DNA from: Chloroflexota bacterium | GTDB taxonomy: Bacteria; Chloroflexota; Limnocylindria; QHBO01 | Assembly (NCBI GenBank): GCA_039933775.1 | Contig: JBDTNK010000001.1 | Location: 5,938-69,937, forward strand | Length of the DNA stretch: 64,000 bases | Direction of reading: 5' to 3' | Part shown: positions 56,296-64,000 of the stretch, piece by piece | Numbering within the stretch: the first letter of the stretch is position 1 | Layout: the number at the start of each line of letters is the position of its first letter | The notes under the pieces: model-generated | Told to the model about the DNA's origin: nothing | Databases searched by the model: none | Seen by the model: the letters and a program-made list of their open reading frames with translations, nothing else | Position numbers and translations under genes: made by a program

Positions 56296-57299
56296 GCGTC
56301 CGGGCTGGCGTCCGGCGTCGAGCCGGGAAGCCAGATGCCGCCTGAGCCCGGCACGTCGACCGCGAAGGCCTCCGCCTGCGGGTTGATGCGACGGATGAGC
56401 CCGGTCAGCACGCGACCCGGCCCGATCTCCACGAACTCGGTCACGCCCTCGGCGGCCATGCGGCGGATCGTTCCGGTCCACTGCACGCCATGCACGAGAT
56501 GCTCGGTGAGCTCGTCGCGCAGGCCATCCGCGGTCCGAATGACCGAGGCGTGCACGTTGCCCAACATCGGAATGTTCGGCTCGCGGAACGGCACGCGGGA
56601 GAGAACGCTGCGGAACTCGTCGCGTGCACGACGCATGAGCGGCGAGTGCGACGCAACGCTCACGGTGAGCCGCACCGCCTTGCGCGCGCCGACGGTCTTG
56701 CTCATCTCGAGCGCGAAGACAAGCGCCGGGATGACGCCCGAAAGCACGACCTGTCCGGGAGCATTCTGGTTCGCGACGGAGATCTCGCCGTGCTCGCGCG
56801 CCTCTTCGATGATGTCGTGGACCTGCTCGTCGGAGAGGCCGACGACCGCTCCCATGCCACCGGCGATGCCGCTCTCCTGCATGATCCGGCCGCGCTCGCG
56901 CACGAGGCGCAGGGCATCACCGAAGTCGATCGCGTCCGCCGCGACCGCCGCCGCGTACTGCCCGGCGGAGTGGCCGGCGACGAGACGCGGGCGAATCGTG
57001 ATGCCAGCCGCGGCGGCGTCGGCGCGCAGCGCTTCGAGATAGGCGACGCTCGTGGCAAGAATGGCCGGCTGTGCGTTCACCGTCTCATTGAGTTCCGCGG
57101 CAGGTCCATCGGCGATGAGGCGCGAGATGGGGAAGCCGAGCGCCTCGTCGGCGCGATCCATCACCGCGCGCGCCGCATCGGAGCGCGCGAGCACCTCGGC
57201 GCCCATGCCGACGTACTGGGATCCCTGGCCAGGGAAGACGAACGCGTGCGTTGCGATCGGACCATCCGACAACGCGATTGGGGTGCTGTGCTTGCTCAT
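56292..57299 (-). CDS. fabD: Malonyl-CoA:ACP transacylase
   Basis: The motif is HAFVFPGQGSQYVGMG and the active-site serine context is GHSAGQYAA. Confidence 0.85.
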   Translation of the reverse strand: MSKHSTPIALSDGPIATHAFVFPGQGSQYVGMGAEVLARSDAARAVMDRADEALGFPISRLIADGPAAELNETVNAQPAILATSVAYLEALRADAAAAGITIRPRLVAGHSAGQYAAAVAADAIDFGDALRLVRERGRIMQESGIAGGMGAVVGLSDEQVHDIIEEAREHGEISVANQNAPGQVVLSGVIPALVFALEMSKTVGARKAVRLTVSVASHSPLMRRARDEFRSVLSRVPFREPNIPMLGNVHASVIRTADGLRDELTEHLVHGVQWTGTIRRMAAEGVTEFVEIGPGRVLTGLIRRINPQAEAFAVDVPGSGGIWLPGSTPDASPDA

Positions 57300-57362
57300 G
57301 GGCTGCCCGCGAGTATAGCCGAGCGCATGCCCCGCACCCAACGGCACAATCGTGTTCGCGCC

Positions 57363-58751
57363 TCAGTCGCGCAGCACGAAGCGAGTCACGACCTCGTGCA
57401 GCACCGGCAGCCCGAAGCGCAGCGCGCTCACCGCGACGCGCTCGTCGTGGCCGTGGAAGAGCGACAGGAAGGGTACGTCGGCCTCGAGGCGCAGCGGAGC
57501 GAAGCCATACGTCGGGATGCCGAGCTCGGCGAGCGCCTTCGCGTCGGTGCCCGGTGTGATCATCATCGGCAACGGCGTTGCCTCGGGATCGGCGCGCCGC
57601 AGCGCGTCGCCCATGAGCACGAGCAGCTCGTGCTCGGCGGGGGAGACAACCGGCGGCAGCGCGGCCAGCGTTTCGACCTCGACATGCGAGCCGGCGATGG
57701 CGCGCAGGTGCTCGAGCAATGCGTCCTGGTCCGTGCCGGGGAGGGTGCGGACATCGACCTCGGCCGTGGCGCGACCCGGGATGACGTTCACCTTGTTCCC
57801 GGCGCGCAGGATGGTGGGCGTGACCGTGTCGCGCAGCATCGCGTCGAACGAACGCCGCAGCACCGGGTCGTCGACAGCGTCCATGAGTGCCGCATGTGCA
57901 CCCGACGGATCCACCTCCGCCAGTCGGGCCACCTCGCCCAGGCCAAGTGCGCCGAAGAAAGCCGCCACGACCGGATGCACACGTGCCGGGCGAGGGTCGG
58001 CGGCGAGGCGGGCTACCGCTTCGGCCAGGTGGACCGCGGCGTTGTCGTCGTGCGGCATGGAGCCGTGGCCCGGCGTGCCGGTGGCGCGCAGGCGGGACCA
58101 CATGATCCCCTTCTCGGCGACCTGGATGGTGTAATAGCGCCGGCCGCGGAGCGTCATCGAGTAGCCTCCGACCTCGTTGATCGCGGCCGCAGCAACCCCG
58201 GCATCAGACCCGAAGAGCCGGGGATGCGTTCGAACCAGCGCCTGCGCTCCCGCGGCGCCGCCCGCCTCTTCGTCAGCGACCGCCGCGAAGATGACATCGC
58301 GTCGCAGCGGCGCAGCGGACCGATGCAGCGCCAGCATCACGCCGAGCTCCATCGCCACCATGTCCTTCATGTCGACCGCGCCACGCCCCCAGACGACGCC
58401 GTCGACCAGCTCGCCGCCGAATGGGTCGCGGCTCCAGGCGTCCTCCTGCACCGGCACGACGTCGATGTGGCTGAGCAGCACGAGCGGGGGCTCGGGATTC
58501 GGCCCGCTGGCGCGGAGGCGGGCGACGCATGAGCCGCGTCCAGGCTCGACCTCCACGATCTCGGCGGGGATCCCGGCGCCCTCGAGCACCTCGGCGCAGT
58601 AGCGCGCCGCAGCCGTCTCGGCACCGAGCGTGTCGCGCCCTGCCGAGCCGTCCTCGACCCCCGGTGGGTTGACGCTCGGGATGCGGATCAGCGCCTGGAG
58701 GTGCTCGACCACCTCGTCGGTGGCGGCCTCCCAGTCGATCGACGTGCTCAC
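57363..58751 (-). CDS. M20-family metallopeptidase / deacylase
   Basis: Metal-binding motifs are LLSHIDVV, ...GAVDMKD and ...AVADEEAGG. The start was chosen at a GTG (VSTSIDWE) that overlaps the stop of the upstream membrane-protein gene. Confidence 0.65.
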   Translation of the reverse strand: MSTSIDWEAATDEVVEHLQALIRIPSVNPPGVEDGSAGRDTLGAETAAARYCAEVLEGAGIPAEIVEVEPGRGSCVARLRASGPNPEPPLVLLSHIDVVPVQEDAWSRDPFGGELVDGVVWGRGAVDMKDMVAMELGVMLALHRSAAPLRRDVIFAAVADEEAGGAAGAQALVRTHPRLFGSDAGVAAAAINEVGGYSMTLRGRRYYTIQVAEKGIMWSRLRATGTPGHGSMPHDDNAAVHLAEAVARLAADPRPARVHPVVAAFFGALGLGEVARLAEVDPSGAHAALMDAVDDPVLRRSFDAMLRDTVTPTILRAGNKVNVIPGRATAEVDVRTLPGTDQDALLEHLRAIAGSHVEVETLAALPPVVSPAEHELLVLMGDALRRADPEATPLPMMITPGTDAKALAELGIPTYGFAPLRLEADVPFLSLFHGHDERVAVSALRFGLPVLHEVVTRFVLRD

Positions 58752-59670
58752 GCGCCCACGGTAGCGGCAGCCGCCTGCCGGTGCGCGCGCGCGCGACGAG
58801 CGTTCACCAGCCAGCCGAGCGGGAGCTCGAGCGCGAGCATGGCGAGCGCGACGACGAGGAGCATCGGTGCCGTGGTCGCCAGGCCCAGCCAGAGGAGGGC
58901 GACCAGAAAGACGAGGTGGATCGTGATCCTCGTGGCGAAGGCGAGCCGCAGGTCGAGCATGCCGGTGCGCTGTCCATCGGGCTCGATGCGGTCGGGGCCG
59001 ACGACCGCATAGCCGGCGACGCCCACGAAGATCGCCAGCGTGATCCCGAAGAGCCACAGGCCGCCGCCCGGCGAGCTGTCGACGAGCGGCTTGAGCACGC
59101 TGAAGGGCACGAGCCCGGCGAGCAAGATCGCGAAGGCGGGGATCGGGACGAGGAGCTGCAGCCATTCGAGGCGTGGGGAGCTCCGCGACGCGTCGCGGAG
59201 CCATCGGGCCAGAAAGCTGAAGGCAAGCGTCACGAAGAGCCAGGCATAGAAGTTGCCGGCCGGCACCCCGAACCAGCCGTCGGTCGGCGAGATGTCGCGC
59301 CAGGTCCAGAGGCCCAGCCGGATCGCGACCGCGTCGAAGGCCAGGTCGAGGCTGATGGCCAGCACGCTGTCGACGACCGGCGCGTAGCGACGTCGGACTC
59401 CCAGCGCGTCGGTGATGCGCATCGCGCCGGCGATGATGAGCGCCCAGGTCAGGCCGATGAGCAGCGGAGCGCGGTCGATGGCCAGCACGAAGTCGGGCGA
59501 GTACTGGTAGGTCTCGAAGATGAGCTGGTCGCCCTCCTCGAGCAGGAGCCCGAATGACGCGGCGCTGATGAGCTCCAGGAACGGCAGGCGCCCCCGACGC
59601 AGCGCGGACCAGGCTGCGGCGACGAAGAAGGCGGCCACGCCGAGTTCGAGGGCGAGGTAGAGCGGATTCA
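58748..59670 (-). CDS. Polytopic integral membrane protein, unknown function
   Basis: About eight hydrophobic helices in a frame distinct from the 796-aa track ORF. The start was chosen at a GTG (VNPLYLALELGVAAFF). Confidence 0.4.
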
Positions 59671-59706
59671 CGCGGCAATGGTACGGAAGATCGAACGGAT
59701 CGAGGC

Positions 59707-60978
59707 TCAGGCAGCTTCTCGCCGCCACCGCAACACCAGCAACCGACCGACAAGGCCGACCGCGAAGACCGCCACGCCGGCGAGGATCGAGCCCAGGGGC
59801 AGGGTCACGACCAGGATCGCGCATCCGACCAGACCGATGACGTTGAAGATCCTCGGCCAGCGGCGCTCCTCACCGGTCTGCGTGAAGGCCGATGCGTTCG
59901 CGATCGCGTAGTAGGTCAGCACCCCGAACGAGCTGAAGCCGATGGCGCCGCGCAGGTCGGTCGTGAGCACGAGCAGCGCGACCACGCCCGCGACCGCGAT
60001 CTCGGCGTGATGCGGAACGAGGTGGCGCGGATCGACGGCCGCCAGCCAGCGCGGCAGGTCACCGTTGCGCGCCATGGCGAGCGCGGTGCGACCGATGCCG
60101 GCGATGAGCGCCAACAGGGATCCGAGGCTGGCGACCGCGGCACCGATGCGCACGATCGGCGACGCCCAAGCCGCGCCCACCGCCTCGACCGCCGTGGCGA
60201 GCGGCGTCGCGCTGGCCGCGAGCCCCTCCGCGCCTGCCGCAAGCAGGGTCGCGACGCCGACGACGAGGTAGATGGCCACGGTGATCGCCAGCGCGAGCGG
60301 GATCGCCCGGGGGATGGTGCGCGCCGGGTCGCGCACCTCTTCGCCCAGCGTTGCGATGCGCGCGTAGCCCGCGAAGGCGAAGAAGAGCAGCCCCGCGGCC
60401 TGCAGCACGCCGTACGCGCCGGCCGGCCAGTTCCCGCCGGCCAGGTGCATCGGGTCGGCGTTGCCGCTCGCGAGGATGGCGACCACCACGCTCGCGAGCG
60501 CCGCGATCGAGCCGGCAACGAGCAGCCGCGCCAGCCCCACGGTCTTAGTGATGCCGCGCAGGTTGACCGTGGTGAGGACGAGCAGCGCCAACAGGGCGAC
60601 GGCGCGCTGCGCCCAGGCTGGCTCCGGGATGGCGTACGCGGCAAACGTCAGCGCCATCGCGGCGCAGGAGGCGGTCTTGCCGATGACGAAGCCCCAGCCG
60701 GCGACGAAGCCCCACCACGCGCCGAGCCGCTCGCGGCCGTAGACGTAGGTGCCGCCGGAGGTCGGGTACTGTGCCGCGAGCTGCGCCGAGGCCACCGCGT
60801 TGCAGTACGCGACCGCGGCCGCGATGAGCAGGCCGACGAGCAGGCCGCTGCCGGCTGCCGCGGCCGCCGGCGCGAAGGCCGCGAAGATGCCGGCGCCGAT
60901 CATCGAGCCGAGCCCGATGATCACCGCGTCGCCGGTCCCGAGCCGCCGCGCCAGGCGCGGCGCTGATGCCACGCTCAC
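59707..60978 (-). CDS. Amino-acid/polyamine/organocation (APC)-family permease
   Basis: 12-TM architecture. The N-terminal motif is LGTGDAVIIGLGSMIGAGIF. Confidence 0.75.
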   Translation of the reverse strand: MSVASAPRLARRLGTGDAVIIGLGSMIGAGIFAAFAPAAAAAGSGLLVGLLIAAAVAYCNAVASAQLAAQYPTSGGTYVYGRERLGAWWGFVAGWGFVIGKTASCAAMALTFAAYAIPEPAWAQRAVALLALLVLTTVNLRGITKTVGLARLLVAGSIAALASVVVAILASGNADPMHLAGGNWPAGAYGVLQAAGLLFFAFAGYARIATLGEEVRDPARTIPRAIPLALAITVAIYLVVGVATLLAAGAEGLAASATPLATAVEAVGAAWASPIVRIGAAVASLGSLLALIAGIGRTALAMARNGDLPRWLAAVDPRHLVPHHAEIAVAGVVALLVLTTDLRGAIGFSSFGVLTYYAIANASAFTQTGEERRWPRIFNVIGLVGCAILVVTLPLGSILAGVAVFAVGLVGRLLVLRWRREAA

Positions 60979-61466
60979 ATCGCCGCGGCGACGCGCTCGG
61001 CCGCTGCCCGCAGCTCGTCATCGGTCACGTTGGGCAGGACGTCCTCCCAGAGCGGCAGCATGAAGTTCTTTGCCTCGAGCATGCCGAGCGGGCGGGGCAT
61101 GAACCAGACGTGGAAATGCGCGCCGCCGTCGCCCCAGCGATAGACGTGCACGCGTCCGACGTCGCCGAGTGCCAGGATCGCTCGCTCGATCCGGGCCGCG
61201 ACGCGGCCGAAGTCTGCCGCGGCGTCATCGGGCAGATCCGAGAAGGAATCGACGTGCTCGCGGCTGGCGAGCCAGACCGTGCCGGGCAGGCCGCCGCCGA
61301 CCGGCGGATGGAGGCTCCAGGTGTCATCGGACCAGACCGCCTCGGTCGCGCCGCCGGCACAGAGGCCGCACGGCTCGCCGCCGGGCTCGCCGCGACGCGG
61401 CGGCTCGGGGATGACACGCTCGCCAGGCTGGCGAATGGAGAGTGGGTCGGCATAGGGGAGGACCAT
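60975..61466 (-). CDS. HIT-like domain protein
   Basis: The C-terminal motif GAHFHVWFMPRP resembles a histidine-triad H-x-H-x-[HW]. An upstream CGLC pair is present. The stop overlaps the APC permease start. Confidence 0.4.
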   Translation of the reverse strand: MVLPYADPLSIRQPGERVIPEPPRRGEPGGEPCGLCAGGATEAVWSDDTWSLHPPVGGGLPGTVWLASREHVDSFSDLPDDAAADFGRVAARIERAILALGDVGRVHVYRWGDGGAHFHVWFMPRPLGMLEAKNFMLPLWEDVLPNVTDDELRAAAERVAAAM

Positions 61467-61494
61467 GGTTCTAAGCTCCTTGCTTCTTTGCTGG

Positions 61495-62331
61495 TTACAG
61501 CTGCGGGGGTCCCTGGCGAATGCGTTGGAGGAGCGACGCCGGGGTGTTGTCGCTCTCCCAACGGCTCTCGATCCACCAGGTCGCGCCCGCCGCGGCGAGC
61601 GGCTCGAGGCGAACGCGGTCCGCGGCGGGATCGGTCCCCGAGGTCACGCCCTCGACGACGATGTCGAAGGGATCGGACGAGCCGCGGTGGTCGTTCATCC
61701 ACGAGCCGATGCCGGCGACGACCGACGGCGAGATCTCCTCATCAGCGCCCTCGTTCGACGCGTCGGAGGTGATCACGCCGTCCCAGCGCGCGGCACGCCG
61801 CAACGAGCGCGGGTGCGGCCACGCGCCCACTGGCCAGATCGGGATCCGTGGCCGCTGGACCGGACGCGGGTCGAACCGCAGGTCGTGCATCTGGTAGTGC
61901 CTCCCCTCGTAGCTCACCGTCTCGCCGGTCCACGCCAGCTCCAGGATGTCGAGGCACTCGTCGAGCTTTTCCGCTCGTACCCGAATCGCCGGATCCTCGG
62001 TGTTGACGCTCGAATAGCCGCCGTCCCACGTCCCACCCAGCCCCACCGGGAGCACCAGGCGGCCGTTCGACAGGTTGTCGAGGGTGATCGTCTCGCGCGC
62101 CACCTTCCAGGGACGCCGCCGGGCGAGCGAGAAGACCATGGCACCCAGCGTGATGCGCTCGGTGACGGCGGCCATGGCGCCCAGCGCCACCCACGGGTCG
62201 AAGACGTCGCCGCGCTCGACCGAGATGTCGTCCCAGGCAAAGACGCCGTCCCACCCGTGCGACTCGGCCTCGCGGGCCATCTGGACGTAGTCGTGGATCG
62301 TCCCGAAGGACGTGATGAATCCGAATTTCAT
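61495..62331 (-). CDS. Luciferase-like monooxygenase-family (LLM) oxidoreductase, possibly F420-dependent
   Basis: The start was chosen at MKFGFITSFG. The TIM-barrel LLM signature region is GRLVLPVGLGG. ATGA-coupled to the downstream regulator. Confidence 0.55.
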   Translation of the reverse strand: MKFGFITSFGTIHDYVQMAREAESHGWDGVFAWDDISVERGDVFDPWVALGAMAAVTERITLGAMVFSLARRRPWKVARETITLDNLSNGRLVLPVGLGGTWDGGYSSVNTEDPAIRVRAEKLDECLDILELAWTGETVSYEGRHYQMHDLRFDPRPVQRPRIPIWPVGAWPHPRSLRRAARWDGVITSDASNEGADEEISPSVVAGIGSWMNDHRGSSDPFDIVVEGVTSGTDPAADRVRLEPLAAAGATWWIESRWESDNTPASLLQRIRQGPPQL

Positions 62332-63179
62332 GCGGGTCTCCTTTCGATTCTGCGGGGATTCGGCTCGGTCAGTGCAGGCATGCGCCCAGCCGCGCGGCGG
62401 GCGATCTCGATGAAGGGCCGGAGGCGAACCGCCAGCTCGGCGCGGGTGGCGCGGAAGGCGTCGAGCCGTCGCTCCTCGTCGCCCTCCACGGCGGCGGGAT
62501 CGTCGAGGTGCCAGTGCAGCGAACTGTGTGGGCCGGGGAGGCTCGGGCACTCCTCGCGCGCGCTGTCCGAGAGCGTGATGACGTAGTCGAACGGGATGTC
62601 GAGAAGCTCCGACACGGCCTTGGCCTGCGCCGCGCCCCAGTCGATCCCGATCTCGGCGAGGATCCGCACCGTGAGCGGATGGACCGATTTCGGGCGCGTG
62701 CCGCCCGAAATCGCCTCGAAGTCCGCGCCGCCGAAGCGGCCGAGGAGCGCCTCGCCGATCTGGCTGCGCGCCGAGTTGCCATTGCAGACGAAGAGGACGC
62801 GGATCGGGTCCCTGCCCCTCGCGGCGCGGGCAGGGGCAGCGGCGTCGAGCGTCCGTTCGAGGTCGACGAGCTCCAGCTCCAGGCGCTCGAGCTCCTCGCG
62901 CCGCGCGGAGATGCGCTCGCGCTGGCGCTCGAGGGTCGCGAGCAGGGTCGGATCAGCGGCGCCGGCGACGCAGCGCTCGGCCAGCCGTCCGGCGTCGATC
63001 GGTGGCATCCCGAGCCGTCGCAGCGTCAGGATCAGCGTCAGGCGCGCCAGGTCGGCCTCGTCGTATTCGCGGTACCCGTTCCGGCGTCGCGCCGGGGCAG
63101 GGACGATGCCGGCGGCCTCGTACCAGCGCACGCCCGAGGGAGAGAGCCCGGCTCGCCGGGCGAAGGTCGAGATGTTCAC
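62328..63179 (-). CDS. MerR-family HTH regulator fused to an ArsC/LMW-PTP-like (low-molecular-weight phosphatase fold) domain
   Basis: The N-terminus is MNISTFARRAGLSPSGVRWYEAAGIV (MerR HTH) followed by a coiled-coil. The C-terminus has VLFVCNGNSARSQ (CX5R P-loop of LMW-PTP/ArsC) and DYVITLSD. Confidence 0.6.
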   Translation of the reverse strand: MNISTFARRAGLSPSGVRWYEAAGIVPAPARRRNGYREYDEADLARLTLILTLRRLGMPPIDAGRLAERCVAGAADPTLLATLERQRERISARREELERLELELVDLERTLDAAAPARAARGRDPIRVLFVCNGNSARSQIGEALLGRFGGADFEAISGGTRPKSVHPLTVRILAEIGIDWGAAQAKAVSELLDIPFDYVITLSDSAREECPSLPGPHSSLHWHLDDPAAVEGDEERRLDAFRATRAELAVRLRPFIEIARRAAGRMPALTEPNPRRIERRPA

Positions 63180-63237
63180 GCTGGCAGGCTAAACCCTGCA
63201 GTCACTACAAGGTCAAGCCCTTTTCGCGCCGAGCGCG

Positions 63238-64000
63238 TCAGCCGGCGGTTGGCTCCGCCGCCGATTGTCGGCCGATGACGAGCGCGATCGCCGGCAGGAC
63301 CAGACAAGCGGTCGCGATGAAGCCGAGCGTCGAGTAGCCGACGAGCTCGAGGAGCGCACCCGAGCCGATGCTCGCGAGTGCGGCGGAGGTCCAGATGATC
63401 GCGTCGGTCGTCCCCTGCAGCGTCATCCGCTCCGGACCTTCCGCGCCCCGGGCGAGCAGGGAGCTGCCGGCCACGAAGCCAAAACTCCAGCCCAGACCGA
63501 GCAGGAAGAGGCCGAGCGCGAGCACCGGCACCGCGTCGTTCGGGGCGAGGGCAGCCACGATCCCCGCCAGTCCGAGCACCGCGAAGCTCACGAGCATGAC
63601 CCGCAAGGCGCCGAGCCGCGTGACGAGAGCAGCCGAGAGGGGAGAGAGCGCGAACATCCCCAGCGTATGCGCGCTGATGACGATCCCGACCGCGCCGATG
63701 CCGTGGCCCATCTCCTGGACGTGGAGCGGGGTCATGGTCATGACGAGGACCATGACGACCTGGCTCGCCAGCATTCCCACGAGCGCGAGGCGCACGTGCG
63801 GCTGGGCGAGCAGGTCGCGGCGCGACGCCTTCTGAGCTCCCACGGCCTCGGCCGGCGCGTCTCCACGGGGCAGCGTCGAGGCGATGGCGAGCGCAACGAG
63901 CATCCCCGCAACGACGAATGCGAATGCTCCCGTGAGCGGACCGAGGCCGACCGTGGCGCCAAGGCCGGCGGCGGGGGCGAGCAGGTTCGGTCCGAAGACG
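63238..64000 (-). CDS. MFS transporter (C-terminal half; N-terminus beyond window end)
   Basis: Six hydrophobic helices with MFS-like loop motifs. The ORF continues open to the window edge. Confidence 0.5.
   Translation of the reverse strand, partial: VFGPNLLAPAAGLGATVGLGPLTGAFAFVVAGMLVALAIASTLPRGDAPAEAVGAQKASRRDLLAQPHVRLALVGMLASQVVMVLVMTMTPLHVQEMGHGIGAVGIVISAHTLGMFALSPLSAALVTRLGALRVMLVSFAVLGLAGIVAALAPNDAVPVLALGLFLLGLGWSFGFVAGSSLLARGAEGPERMTLQGTTDAIIWTSAALASIGSGALLELVGYSTLGFIATACLVLPAIALVIGRQSAAEPTAG

Noticed and set aside
56490-58532. 680-aa plus-strand ORF spanning fabD and the M20 peptidase in antisense
   Set aside because: It is an antisense open frame across two well-supported minus-strand genes.
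57363-59753. 796-aa minus-strand track ORF
   Set aside because: Only the 57363-58751 part encodes the M20 peptidase. Upstream of its GTG start, the same frame is antisense-like, and a separate frame (58748-59670) encodes a convincing polytopic membrane protein. So the long ORF is a read-through artefact of start-codon-agnostic ORF calling.

Overview
The window is about 70% GC, with densely packed and often translationally coupled genes. It probably comes from a monoderm Actinobacteria- or Chloroflexi-like genome; OpcA and CWB2 repeats fit that, but this is inference. Positions 1-7850 are a pentose-phosphate operon in the order tal (3' end)-pgi-gnd-zwf-opcA-pgl, followed by a proline dehydrogenase. 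Positions 50400-64000 are housekeeping and other genes: cysS, a NUDIX hydrolase, fabD plus two FabF-like ketoacyl synthases, an M20 peptidase, an APC permease, an LLM oxidoreductase, a MerR-ArsC fusion and an MFS transporter.

The central 42 kb (about 7900-50300) is one large glycan-biosynthesis island, most likely for a heavily sulfated exopolysaccharide or cell-wall glycopolymer. It contains:
- PAPS supply genes: sat, cysC and an NrnA-like pAp phosphatase.
- Nine sulfotransferase paralogs, four of them in a tandem coupled array.
- A priming sugar-1-phosphate transferase, a Wzx flippase, a Wzy-like polymerase and five glycosyltransferases.
- A Wzz-like co-polymerase whose cytoplasmic tail is a degenerate GGDEF domain.
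- Two nucleotide-sugar dehydrogenases, a Gfo/Idh/MocA oxidoreductase, an SDR epimerase/decarboxylase, a DegT aminotransferase and a formyltransferase.
- Two unusual kinase-like multidomain proteins.
- A secreted beta-propeller/CBM protein and two pectate-lyase-fold proteins, one with CWB2 cell-wall-binding repeats.

No tRNA, rRNA, CRISPR array or transposase was seen. The ORF track translates every start codon as M, so several true starts are GTG. I re-derived starts by hand from conserved N-termini and ATGA/GTGA overlaps, and they may be off by a few codons.
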